Below are positions 1 through 9,644 of a stretch of 64,000 bases of DNA, piece by piece. Below the pieces are notes generated by a model. That model was given only the letters and a program-made list of their open reading frames with translations. It was not told the DNA's origin and made no database searches. The stretch comes from a candidate division CPR2 bacterium GW2011_GWC2_39_35 (GTDB lineage Bacteria; Patescibacteriota; CPR2). The position numbers and the translations under genes are program-made. The DNA is taken from assembly GCA_000995065.1 (NCBI GenBank), contig LBWX01000002.1:223708-287707 (forward strand), read 5' to 3'. Every line of letters starts with the position of its first letter. The first letter of the stretch is position 1.

Positions 1-1
1 A

Positions 2-718
2 ATGCGGACCCCATTGGCTCAGATAGAAGGTTTTCTTTTTCTCGCCATGAAGCAGCTAGAAGAAGTAAGAGATATTAGTCCGGAAACTAAAAACAATATC
101 GAAATGGCTCATAATTCGGCAATTAACCTTATTAATCTTACAAACGATATCTTAACAGTCTTTAAACTGGATAGTAATAAAATGGAAGTCGTCTTAAAAC
201 AGGTCAAATTAAGTGATATTATTGGCGGCGTCATCAGCAATTATGAAAAAGATGTGGCAAAAAAGAATCTTAAAATTCATTATAAAAATCAATGTAAAAA
301 TGAATCCAAAATAATTACCGATGAAAGTAAATTAACTCAGATTTTATCAAATTTGGTTCAAAACGCAATTAAATTTACCGAAAGAGGATCTGTAGAAATT
401 GTTCTTAAAGAAGATAATAAAAGTTTTATTATAAAGGTTTCGGATACGGGATATGGGATCGACCACTCTGCTTTAAAACATGTTTTCGAGCGCTTTTACA
501 GGCCGGAAAATTGGGAAACCAGAAAGACTCAAGGTACGGGCCTAGGGCTTTACATCGTAAAAAACTTAGTTGAAAGATTGAGCGGAGAAATCGCTGTAGA
601 GAGCGCCAGGGACATCGGTTCAACTTTTACCTTAACCCTACCGAAGGAATACAAGAACAGCGATGACTTAAAAAAGGCTTCCGAGGAAGAGCTAAAAAAT
701 TTTATTGGAACTTTCTAA
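2..718 (+). CDS. Sensor histidine kinase, C-terminal part (HisKA + HATPase_c); 5' truncated by window edge
   Basis: RTPL H-box remnant, NLVQNAIKFT N-box, DTGYGI G1 and GTGLGL G2 boxes. Confidence 0.92.
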   Translation: MRTPLAQIEGFLFLAMKQLEEVRDISPETKNNIEMAHNSAINLINLTNDILTVFKLDSNKMEVVLKQVKLSDIIGGVISNYEKDVAKKNLKIHYKNQCKNESKIITDESKLTQILSNLVQNAIKFTERGSVEIVLKEDNKSFIIKVSDTGYGIDHSALKHVFERFYRPENWETRKTQGTGLGLYIVKNLVERLSGEIAVESARDIGSTFTLTLPKEYKNSDDLKKASEEELKNFIGTF

Positions 719-753
719 AATAACGATATAATAGAATAAAGGTAGGAGAAAAT

Positions 754-1131
754 ATGGCTAAAAAAGAAAAAATACTTGTTGTTGATGACGATAAAGGGCT
801 GTGTCAGCTTTATAAATTAACCATGGAACAAGAAGGTTACGAGGTTTTTACGGCAAATCAGGGAGAGGAAGGTCTAAGCAGAGCCTTGGAGATTAAACCG
901 GATCTTATCCTGCTTGATATAATGATGCCTATGATTCATGGTTTAAATGTCTTAGATATCTTAAAGGCAACTCCCGAAACAAAAGATTTGAAGGTTATTG
1001 TTTTATCGGCACTGTCTGACGAAGAGACAAAGAATAAGGCGAGAGAATTTGGTGCCTCAGATTATATTGTCAAATCTCAATCTACAATGGCTGAGGTTAT
1101 TGGAAGAGTCGCCGACATCCTAAATGCATAA
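754..1131 (+). CDS. Single-domain response regulator (receiver)
   Basis: ILVVDDD, LILLDIMMP, conserved K in YIVK; RBS AGGAG upstream. Confidence 0.92.
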   Translation: MAKKEKILVVDDDKGLCQLYKLTMEQEGYEVFTANQGEEGLSRALEIKPDLILLDIMMPMIHGLNVLDILKATPETKDLKVIVLSALSDEETKNKAREFGASDYIVKSQSTMAEVIGRVADILNA

Positions 1132-2091
1132 ATGCAAAAGATTTTAAGAAAAGAAAAATTAACAGAATTTTTAGAATACTTGGAGGTCAGGTATGATGTT
1201 TATGCCTTAGCAAAAAGTGGGGGAGAGCATGAATATCATTACGAAAAAGTTACCGCCAGGGATTATTCATATACGATAGGAATTTCTGAGGTTACTCCCA
1301 AACATTTCTTTTTGCCGGCAAGCCACGAGATGTTTAAGGCTCTGGGAACTTCTAGTAAAAAGAAAGTTATTTTTGGTGTCCATTACTTTGATATCGAAGC
1401 TATTTCTCTTTTAGATAAAGCTTTTAAATTTCCTATTACCGATCAGGAATTTTTTACTTTAAAAGAGAAGGTAATCATAATTGGGATGGATTACACCCCG
1501 GCGCCAAAAGAGGGTCACGATCTTTATTTGCAAATTTTAGAAGATGAATATGCGGTTACTGCCGGTTCCGGTGTAGGAGCGCGCCTCGCAAAACTTAAAT
1601 TTTTTGAGGAAGCTAAGGCTCATCCTAAAAAAGATTCCTGTCAAACTGAGGATGTGGTTAAAGATTCAAGATTGGCGGCGGCCATCAGGGAAAGCAAGGA
1701 CAGCAAAATTTGGGATGATTTATCCAAAAGATGTTTTGGCTGCGGCACCTGCAGTTACGTTTGCCCTGTTTGCTACTGCTTTGACATAAAAGATACCTTT
1801 GATCTTAAAGGAAACGCCAAAAGAGAAAGGTGTTGGGATTCCTGCATGCTTTCTAATTTTGCTACTATTGCTGGAGGATATGATTTTCGGCCGGAGCTAA
1901 GGAATCGGATTTATAACTGGTATTATCATAAATTTGTTAGAATGCCGAAAGAGCTAAAAAGGGTAGGCTGCGTTGGTTGTTCCAGATGCGTTAGCTTCTG
2001 TCCGGCTCGGATTAATATCCGCGAAGTCTTAAGTGATGTCTTAAAGGAATACGAGAAGAAACATGCCAAAAAATTTATATTATCCAAATAA
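1132..2091 (+). CDS. Group 3b [NiFe]-hydrogenase/sulfhydrogenase beta subunit (4Fe-4S dicluster)
   Basis: CFGCGTCSYVCPVCYCF and CVGCSRCVSFCP motifs; operon context. Confidence 0.85.
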   Translation: MQKILRKEKLTEFLEYLEVRYDVYALAKSGGEHEYHYEKVTARDYSYTIGISEVTPKHFFLPASHEMFKALGTSSKKKVIFGVHYFDIEAISLLDKAFKFPITDQEFFTLKEKVIIIGMDYTPAPKEGHDLYLQILEDEYAVTAGSGVGARLAKLKFFEEAKAHPKKDSCQTEDVVKDSRLAAAIRESKDSKIWDDLSKRCFGCGTCSYVCPVCYCFDIKDTFDLKGNAKRERCWDSCMLSNFATIAGGYDFRPELRNRIYNWYYHKFVRMPKELKRVGCVGCSRCVSFCPARINIREVLSDVLKEYEKKHAKKFILSK

Positions 2092-2887
2092 AGCTAAAAT
2101 AATTTTTATTGAAGAGCAAGCGCCAGGAATGAGACTTTTCGGGATTAGATTTTCGGATAAAAATATCCATCAAAGTTTTAATTTTGTACCGGGTCAATTT
2201 GTTTTCTTGTCGCTCTTGGGTCACGGTGAATTTCCGGTTTCCATTAGCTCTCATCCAAATGAAAAAGATTGTTTAGAGCTTCTTATTAGAAATGTAGGGG
2301 CGGTTACGGGTGCCCTTTTTGGCTTAAATGTTGGGGCAGAAGTTGGTATAAGAGGCCCTTTTGGCAATGGCTTTGATATCCGGAAACTTTATGGAAAAGA
2401 TTTGGTAGTAGTTGCCGGAGGATGCGGTGTCGCTCCTCTTAGATCCTTGATGAAAGGGGTCCTTATTGAAAGAAAGAAGTTTAATAAGATATACTTCTTG
2501 TATGGGGCTAGAACTCCTAAGGACATGCTGTTTAAAAAAGACATTCAGGCTTGGCGAAAGCAATGCGGCGTTTATCTTACTGTAGATGAGCCGGATTCTA
2601 GTTGGAAAGAAAATGTCGGCCTTATTACTACTCTTTTTGGGAGTATTAGGGTAGACAAAGCGGCAGTGGCTGTTACTTGCGGCTCTCCGGCCATGTTTAA
2701 GTTTGTTCTTGTCGAGCTTAAGGCCTTGGGACTTAAAGACAGTAATATCTATTTGTCGTTAGAACGGAGAATGAAATGCGGCATCGGAAAATGTCAGCAT
2801 TGCACTTGCGGCGATAAATATGTATGTTTGGATGGACCGGTGTTTGCATTTAGTGAGATAAAAGAAAACCCAGAGGTGTTATTATGA
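2063..2887 (+). CDS. Sulfhydrogenase gamma subunit (FAD/NAD-binding, 2Fe-2S)
   Basis: PGQF, RGPFGNGF, AGGCGVAPLRS, MKCGIGKCQHC...VCLDGPVF. Confidence 0.88.
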   Translation: MPKNLYYPNKAKIIFIEEQAPGMRLFGIRFSDKNIHQSFNFVPGQFVFLSLLGHGEFPVSISSHPNEKDCLELLIRNVGAVTGALFGLNVGAEVGIRGPFGNGFDIRKLYGKDLVVVAGGCGVAPLRSLMKGVLIERKKFNKIYFLYGARTPKDMLFKKDIQAWRKQCGVYLTVDEPDSSWKENVGLITTLFGSIRVDKAAVAVTCGSPAMFKFVLVELKALGLKDSNIYLSLERRMKCGIGKCQHCTCGDKYVCLDGPVFAFSEIKENPEVLL

Positions 2888-3627
2888 AACATAAAGTAAA
2901 AATTGCAATTTTTGACTTAACAGACTGCGAAGGCTGCGAGCTTCAGTTCTTAGCTTTCGTCGAGAAAGTTTTGGAAATGGACGATCAATTAGAAATTACA
3001 AACTGGCGTCTGGCAAAACAGAAGAATGTCGAAGGCCCTTTTGACGTCGCTTTTATCGAAGGAAGCCCCTTAACCGAAGAAGACATCGAACTAATAAAAG
3101 AGATTAAGAAGCATTCCAAAGCGGTTGTGGCACTTGGAAATTGTGCTTCATTGGCCGGAATTCCGGGTCTCATTAATGGTGAGGAAAGAGAACGGCTTGC
3201 TAAAAAGATCTATGGCCCAAATTACAAACTAAGAGTTAGGGAAGTCCGCCCCCTCAGCCATTATATTGATGTCGATTATGAACTTCGAGGTTGTCCAGTT
3301 ACCGAGAAAGAACTGGAAGAGCTAGTATCAAGCCTAATTTCCGGCAAAAAAGTCGTGCCAAAGACTTATCCGGTATGCTTAGAATGTAAGGCAAATGGTA
3401 ATCCTTGCTTATTTTTAGAAAATAAAGCCTGTCTGGGAGCTGTTACGAAAGGTGGTTGTGGGGCACTTTGTCCGTCTCATGGTCACCGTTGCTATGGCTG
3501 TTTGGGTCCGGTCAGAGAAAACAATACTGATGCCATAACAAACCGTTTATCCGAGACGGTGGGCAAGGACGAAGCAATACGCCAGCTCGAGATTTTTGTA
3601 AATAACCCGATGATGGAGGAAAAATGA
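2884..3627 (+). CDS. [NiFe]-hydrogenase small (delta) subunit
   Basis: DCEGC, ALGNCA, LRGCP, VCLEC..CLG..GCGALCP..CYGC. Confidence 0.9.
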   Translation: MKHKVKIAIFDLTDCEGCELQFLAFVEKVLEMDDQLEITNWRLAKQKNVEGPFDVAFIEGSPLTEEDIELIKEIKKHSKAVVALGNCASLAGIPGLINGEERERLAKKIYGPNYKLRVREVRPLSHYIDVDYELRGCPVTEKELEELVSSLISGKKVVPKTYPVCLECKANGNPCLFLENKACLGAVTKGGCGALCPSHGHRCYGCLGPVRENNTDAITNRLSETVGKDEAIRQLEIFVNNPMMEEK

Positions 3628-4862
3628 AAAGTTTAATGAATAACTATATTACTAAGATCGAAGGACACGGAAATTTAAAAGTAAATTTTAATAACGAAAA
3701 AGTGGAGCTTCATGTAGAAGAAGGCGAACGGCTCTTTGAGGGACTTATTCTGGGGAGATATTTTGAGGATGGACCGATAATAACAGCTAGGATCTGCGGT
3801 GTTTGCCCCACGGCTCATACTTTTGCTTCGATAACAGCTTTAGAAAATGCTTTGGATATTAAGGTGTCGGATCACATCGCCACTTTAAGAAAAGTCATGC
3901 TTTCTTTGCAGATTTTTCAAAGTCATGTGCTGCACTTATTCTTTTTGGCGATCCCCGATTATTTAGGAATTGACAATTCCTTAGAGCTTGCTACTGCTAA
4001 TCCGGAAGTTTTTAACACGGTTTTATCCTTAAAGAGGTTGGCCGATGAAGGCATCGAACTTATTGGCGGGCGGCCGATTCATCCGATTACTGCCGTAGTT
4101 GGCGGCTTTACGAAGTTACCGGAATATAAGGACTTAGATGAGTATAAAAAGAAAATCGAAAAGAGCTTGATTCATGCCATAGAGGCTGCCAAAATTTTTA
4201 AGACGGTCAAATATCCGGAAGTAGAAAACGAAAAAGAGTATCTGGCACTCTTGGGATCAAACTATCCGCTTACAGGAGAGGTCGTTGTTTCCTCTCTTGG
4301 TAAGGGTTTTGAGGTCAAAGATTATCAAAAAGTTGTTACCGAAACTGTTAAAAGTTATTCGACTGCCAAGTTTTCTACCAAGGATGGCAAAGGCTTTATG
4401 GTCGGTGCAATTTCCAGGCTTAATCTAAAATATCCGCTTTTAAATAAAGAGGCTTTTGGTTTGGCTGAGGGTGAATTCCCAACCCATAATCCATTTAAGA
4501 ACAACTTAGCCCAGGCTATAGAATTGGTCCATTATATGGAAGAGATCATCGAGCTCATTGGCTCTCTAAAGGACGCTGATTTAAGTCATGCCCGGGATCA
4601 ATTTGAGGTAAAAGCTGGAGTCGGGGCTGGCTGTATCGAAGCACCAAGAGGGCTCCTATTTCATTATTATGAGCTTAATTCAAAAGGCATTATCACTAAG
4701 TGCGACATCATAACTCCAACTGCTCTAAACCTAACGAGTATCGAGGATGATGCGGAAGCGGTTCTTAAAACTAACGGCGGTATCTCGCAAGCGAAAAGGG
4801 AGCATGAGCTAGAGATGCTAGTTAGAGCCTACGATCCATGCATTACGTGCTCGGTACACTAA
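3624..4862 (+). CDS. [NiFe]-hydrogenase large (alpha) subunit, group 3b-like
   Basis: IEGHG, L1 RICGVC, EAPRG, L2 YDPCITCSVH at the extreme C-terminus. Confidence 0.93.
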   Translation: MKSLMNNYITKIEGHGNLKVNFNNEKVELHVEEGERLFEGLILGRYFEDGPIITARICGVCPTAHTFASITALENALDIKVSDHIATLRKVMLSLQIFQSHVLHLFFLAIPDYLGIDNSLELATANPEVFNTVLSLKRLADEGIELIGGRPIHPITAVVGGFTKLPEYKDLDEYKKKIEKSLIHAIEAAKIFKTVKYPEVENEKEYLALLGSNYPLTGEVVVSSLGKGFEVKDYQKVVTETVKSYSTAKFSTKDGKGFMVGAISRLNLKYPLLNKEAFGLAEGEFPTHNPFKNNLAQAIELVHYMEEIIELIGSLKDADLSHARDQFEVKAGVGAGCIEAPRGLLFHYYELNSKGIITKCDIITPTALNLTSIEDDAEAVLKTNGGISQAKREHELEMLVRAYDPCITCSVH

Positions 4863-4925
4863 GAAGAATAAAGAATCAGGAATTAAGAATAAAGTAAGTC
4901 TTGTTAGATCATAATTCTTTATTCT

Positions 4926-5153
4926 TTATTCTGGGCAGTGGCAATGGTCGTGGCTTTTGGAGAGTTCTAATATTTCGAGAGCGTCGGCTTCCGGCATTTT
5001 ATTGACGCCCAAATCTCCGTGAGCCATGATCCAGTCACCGACCTTAAGGTCTTGTATAAGCACAATATTCACTTTAAATAATTGGCCGTCGTGATCGACT
5101 TCGGCAAATTGGCCGTCTAATGTTTTTACTTGAACGGGAGTTGCTAAACACAC
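4926..5153 (-). CDS. hypC: Hydrogenase maturation chaperone HypC/HupF
   Basis: N-terminal MCLATP, VGDWIMAHG. Confidence 0.9.
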   Translation of the reverse strand: MCLATPVQVKTLDGQFAEVDHDGQLFKVNIVLIQDLKVGDWIMAHGDLGVNKMPEADALEILELSKSHDHCHCPE

Positions 5154-5397
5154 TATTTTTGTTCCTTGTTATCTAAGGTTTATTATAAACTTTATTTTCA
5201 AAGTCGGCTAGAGAGATGTTTTGTTAGAAAGTCAAAACTCAAAATTCAAAAGGCAAAATTGCAGTTCAAAATTAAAAGGTATTCTTACCAAAGATAAGCG
5301 CCGGGGTGAGGGCGAAATTCAAATTGAAAAAAGTGACTTTTTCGGGTATAATCATGAAGTCAAAAAAGTTTTGTCTGTTTATTGTTTTCTGTTTTAT

Positions 5398-5473
5398 AGG
5401 CCCATAGCTCAGGGGTTAGAGCACCGTTCTTATAAAGCGGGGGTCGCGGGTTCAAATCCCGCTGGGCCTACCA
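5398..5473 (+). tRNA. tRNA-Ile with anticodon TAT (UAU)
   Basis: AGGCCCA/TGGGCCT acceptor, GCTC/GAGC D-arm, CCGTT-CT TAT AA-AGCGG anticodon arm, TTCAAAT T-loop, ACCA end. Confidence 0.92.
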
Positions 5474-5521
5474 TAGGAAAATTAGAGATTTTCCTGACAG
5501 CAAATAGCTAAAAGGGAATAT

Positions 5522-5956
5522 ATGTCAACTAAAAACCAAGAATATAAAGACGAAATCTTAGTGACACGGGTAGGGGCTCAGTGTCTTCTAGTGAAAGACA
5601 ACAAGATACTACTCGGCAAAAGAAAAAATGTTTTTGGTGATGGCCATTGGGGACTTCCCGGCGGTCATTTAGAAAAAGGGGAGACCATTCTTGAGGCAGC
5701 GGCCCGGGAGCTAGAAGAAGAGACAGGAGTAAAGGCGATTTCTAGCCAGGTTATCTCCGTTAGCGATGCAAATTTGGAAAACAATTATCATCTTCAAATT
5801 GGTGTATTGGTTACGAAATGGGATGGAGATCCTCAAATAAAAGAGCCAAATAAATGTAGCGAGCTCTCATTTTTTGCTTTAGAAGAATTGCCGGAACCAA
5901 TTTTTATTTCCGCAAAACCCCTAATCGAGAAATTTATTAAGAATGCTTTATATTAA
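5522..5956 (+). CDS. NUDIX hydrolase
   Basis: Nudix box GGHLEKGETILEAAARELEEETG. Confidence 0.92.
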   Translation: MSTKNQEYKDEILVTRVGAQCLLVKDNKILLGKRKNVFGDGHWGLPGGHLEKGETILEAAARELEEETGVKAISSQVISVSDANLENNYHLQIGVLVTKWDGDPQIKEPNKCSELSFFALEELPEPIFISAKPLIEKFIKNALY

Positions 5957-5957
5957 A

Positions 5958-6034
5958 CTGGGATTAGCGCAACTTGAAAGCGCGCCGCGTTCGGGACACG
6001 GAGGTCGTGAGTTCGAATCCCGCATCCCCGACCA
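5958..6034 (+). pseudogene. Degenerate tRNA-Pro(CGG)
   Basis: Cloverleaf with TT CGG GA loop and ACCA end, but mismatches in acceptor, anticodon and T stems and loss of D-loop GG. Confidence 0.7.
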
Positions 6035-6090
6035 AGTTATTTAAAATTAAAGTTTTCTATTAGATTTGATTTACTGTTATAATATTTGTT

Positions 6091-6474
6091 ATGAAACGAT
6101 CTCCAATACCAAGTAAGGGCAAGTTAAGACTAAAGATGTTTTTAATTTTTTTAGTTATTGTGTATCTTTTTTTCTTGGTAGGTAAAACAGTCTATGAGAA
6201 TTATAAATTCAACAAGCAGCTTAGCGCGCTTCAGGATGAGATCAATGCGTCAGAAATAAAGATCAATAAAATGAAAGAAGATATCGAATATTTTAAGACG
6301 GATGAATATAGGGAGCGTGAAGCGCGGGAGAAATTAAACAAACAAAAACCGGGTGAAACCGTAATTGTAATTACTCCGGACGGAAAAGAGGCACCTAAAG
6401 CCAATATCAAGAAAGAAGAAGATCCGAATTACGTAAAATGGTGGGAATACCTATCAGGAAGACTTGAAAAATAA
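6091..6474 (+). CDS. Septum formation initiator (FtsB/DivIC family)
   Basis: Single TM helix, coiled coil, EREAREKLNKQKPGE motif. Confidence 0.85.
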   Translation: MKRSPIPSKGKLRLKMFLIFLVIVYLFFLVGKTVYENYKFNKQLSALQDEINASEIKINKMKEDIEYFKTDEYREREAREKLNKQKPGETVIVITPDGKEAPKANIKKEEDPNYVKWWEYLSGRLEK

Positions 6475-6598
6475 AAAATTTCTGATATAATTGGTCAGGA
6501 AGTAGGAAGTATCCCGAATCATCGGGAATAAAATAATGATATGTGCCGGTCCGATAAAAATGGAAAAGTCGTAAGGCAATCGAAAGAATAATAAATGA

Positions 6599-6673
<75 letters not shown>

Positions 6674-6891
6674 AAGTCAATAAACAAGTAACAATTTAAT
6701 GCCTTCAAAAGAGGTATTTTTTGATACCTAAATATTTGATATGTGCTAGACGTCAGTTTTTAAAAGCAATCTAAAGCGGATGCAATGATCGCCATTGAGC
6801 GTATAGTTGCCATTGATGATGGAGAGCAGCTATCTTCAACGAAGGAGTATGTCGAGATTGCGGATTAACCGACAAAAGATTTTACAGAGCT

Positions 6892-6928
6892 AGACGGCTC
6901 CCATTTGAATTACGGGAGTCGTCTTTTT
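6892..6928 (+). terminator. Intrinsic terminator
   Basis: AGACGGCTCCC...GGGAGTCGTCT hairpin followed by T-run. Confidence 0.7.
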
Positions 6929-7196
6929 GCTTTCTTAATATATTCTTAAGCTTTATATGGTAAAAACTTAACGTTACCGTTTTGCTGGTGATGGTTTTAG
7001 GGTTGGGAATTTAATAGACGAAAGAGTTCTTCATCGAAAAGGAAATCTTAAGACTTAAGAAACGTGAAATAGGGTTGGATTTTGGTTAATGATATCTTGA
7101 CCAATTTTCAGGTGGTTATAATAATCTTCTCCTTTTCCAATGGGAGAGTTAAAATATACTAAGATTTTAGGTTAATGAGAGGATTGGTGAAATGAA

Positions 7197-7826
7197 ATGG
7201 CAGATCTAAAACGAAAAATATTTATTGCTGCTGCTGTGATTGTGGCAATCGGTCTAATTTCTGGTATAAGTGCATATTATTATAGCTATTATCAGGATCA
7301 TAAGACCAAAACCCAAAAGGAAACTTCTAAAGATGAAAGCAAGATAAAAAAAGAAGTCAATCAAGTAGATGAAAGCACGTTTCCTAACTCAATTGCTTCA
7401 TTTAATTATTATCCTACAGGCTGGTATGTAAAAGAAAAGGGAGAGGACGTATCAATCCAAGACAGGCCTGGGACTGTGTGGTTGGGAGGTGGGATAGCGC
7501 CAAAAAACGTGCAAGATATCACTTATACAGGACGCATTATTTCCGTGGTGAAAAAAGAACTGGATGGTAAACCTTTTAACGAATGGCTTAGGGATGAGAA
7601 TGAAAATCATGTCATTAAGAATGGCTATCCAGTCCCAGAGCACATTGATGGTTTAGACGGTTTCCGTTTCGTATATTCAGAAGAAATATCTGCCGATATG
7701 CCTTTTATTTATGTATCTAACGGTTTTTCAGTTTACATCATTCGCTTCGAATCGAGCGGAGGAGAATCGGATTCGGAAGGCCTAAGAGTCTTTGAGGAAG
7801 TCATAAAGAGCTTAAATCTAAATTAA
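7197..7826 (+). CDS. Membrane-anchored exported protein, possibly PsbP-like fold
   Basis: N-terminal TM helix; FNYYPTGW and FEEVIKSL termini resemble PsbP-like proteins. Confidence 0.6.
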   Translation: MADLKRKIFIAAAVIVAIGLISGISAYYYSYYQDHKTKTQKETSKDESKIKKEVNQVDESTFPNSIASFNYYPTGWYVKEKGEDVSIQDRPGTVWLGGGIAPKNVQDITYTGRIISVVKKELDGKPFNEWLRDENENHVIKNGYPVPEHIDGLDGFRFVYSEEISADMPFIYVSNGFSVYIIRFESSGGESDSEGLRVFEEVIKSLNLN

Positions 7827-7844
7827 ATAATCTTGATTTGAGGA

Positions 7845-9494
7845 GTGATATGCTTGAAATGGTATTTAAGATTCATTATTTTGCTGTGCGTCTTGGTTTC
7901 GGTATTATTACCGATAAATCCCGATTATGCTAATGCGGAAAGTGTTCATTTAAAGGTTCCTTTTATTCCCCAAGTGCCGCCTGGCCATTGGGGTTACAAA
8001 AGTAACATCGATCATGGCACGTATAATTGCGGGCAGACTTCGGCATTGATGGTAATGTCTTATTATAAGGTTGAACTGCCTGTTTCTGACAAGATCGCTG
8101 AAATAGACAACTGGTTAGCTCAAAAGTATAACGATCCGAAATATTCTGATCATAATAGCTGGTATACGGATACTGATCAACTTGCCGTATTGGCCAAGGA
8201 GTACGGAGGTTTTAAAGAAGCCAGGGCAGAAAATAATTGGAATATTGATAAACTAAAAACCGAGCTTATTAACGGTTGTCCCGTGATAGTAGCGGTACAT
8301 ATACGTATGAATTCGTCTTCTGGTGGACATTTTATGGTCTTAACAGGAATAGATGATGATTATGTGTATGTTAATGATCCAGGCCTAACAAAAGGCATCG
8401 ATAATAAGTATCCTATCTCACAGTTTAAAAGATCTTGGGCAGTTCAAAATAATGCCGTAGTTACTATTCATGAGAAGAAGAATATCGCAATTACCTTCCT
8501 CTTTGATACCACTCACAGCGTTAATGAAAAGGAAATTGAGGCTGCTAAAAGAAACGCTATTTCCGTAGTGAAGGAGCTAGCATTCTTCAAGCCTTATGTC
8601 GCTGCGGCTGATTATCGCGACGTTGTTGAAGAAGGCAAGCAAAATTCTCTGTACGGTATAGAAGGTGATTATCCTTTTAAACCAAGGTTATGTTTTACTC
8701 AGGACTTAAGGCTGGCTGAATCAACCATTAATTCCATCGCTATTGGACCAGCGGGAAGCGGTGGTAACAAGGAGGCAGAGTCAGTTTGCTCAGCTTTAAA
8801 AAGGGGAGTTTCGGGTAATGAGCTTGGCAGCTGGCCTATTGGCTCGGAGCAAAATGTAATTATTTATGGTAATGCAGGCGGTCATATAGAGAGTAAGCCG
8901 GATTCTAATGATGGAAAAGAACCGGTTACCGGCTATTATCGAAGTGATGTTGTACGCGAAGCCTTTAGAAGAGGTGTCTCAAATAGAACGATTATTTTCG
9001 GAGTAGCAACAAGTAACCAGTTTGGTGTGGTTGATGAATTTTCGCGTTACTCGAGGCTTACGGGCGGTTTTGCATCGCTTCTTAACGAAACATCCGATTA
9101 TACGCCCGAATTAGTAGCAAAAAGGGTAGCTAAAGAGATAGAAAATCGTAAGAACCTTGCTTGTGAGAATGTCGAGGTTAGGTTGCCGTCAAAACTGATT
9201 GACTTGACTAGCTTTGAGAATTCTTTTGAAGTTGATCTTGGCTTGCCATCCTCAATTAGTAGAGCGGAGGTTGATGATCTCTCGATTAGGCTTAATTTTG
9301 GAATTCCGCAATGCAAAGTTATGCCGGGAGGTAATAATCAAACTCTTAGGCTATGGTTTGAAAACGAGAGGGCAAGAAAATATCTAAAGAATGGAGCTCA
9401 AGAGATAAAGGTCTATGGTTTTTCCGTAGACAAAGAAGAAAACATAAGATATTTCTTAGGTTCAGCAAATGCGGAGGTGATACATTCGAAATAA
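7845..9494 (+). CDS. Secreted C39-like cysteine peptidase fused to a vWA-like domain
   Basis: Signal peptide; NCGQTSALM (Cys), GHFMVLTG (His), VNDP (Asp); DTTHS MIDAS-like motif. Confidence 0.75.
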   Translation: MICLKWYLRFIILLCVLVSVLLPINPDYANAESVHLKVPFIPQVPPGHWGYKSNIDHGTYNCGQTSALMVMSYYKVELPVSDKIAEIDNWLAQKYNDPKYSDHNSWYTDTDQLAVLAKEYGGFKEARAENNWNIDKLKTELINGCPVIVAVHIRMNSSSGGHFMVLTGIDDDYVYVNDPGLTKGIDNKYPISQFKRSWAVQNNAVVTIHEKKNIAITFLFDTTHSVNEKEIEAAKRNAISVVKELAFFKPYVAAADYRDVVEEGKQNSLYGIEGDYPFKPRLCFTQDLRLAESTINSIAIGPAGSGGNKEAESVCSALKRGVSGNELGSWPIGSEQNVIIYGNAGGHIESKPDSNDGKEPVTGYYRSDVVREAFRRGVSNRTIIFGVATSNQFGVVDEFSRYSRLTGGFASLLNETSDYTPELVAKRVAKEIENRKNLACENVEVRLPSKLIDLTSFENSFEVDLGLPSSISRAEVDDLSIRLNFGIPQCKVMPGGNNQTLRLWFENERARKYLKNGAQEIKVYGFSVDKEENIRYFLGSANAEVIHSK

Positions 9495-9644
9495 ATAAGG
9501 GGGGCAGGGATAGTCTATTTACGAAAAGTAGACTATCCCTTCTTCATTTGGCAAAAGCTTAGGATTTACGGGGGGAGGTTTGTGTGGTAAAATATAGTTC
9601 TTCAAGACATGGGTTGTAAATTCTATTGAAAGGGTGGGAAGCCG

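Noticed and set aside
5221-5511. 96-aa ORF in the ORF track
   Set aside because: Reads through a heptamer repeat and tRNA-Ile; spurious.
9496-9511. Resemblance to the tRNA-fMet 3' end as an att site
   Set aside because: Short, G-run driven and in inverted orientation; likely chance.
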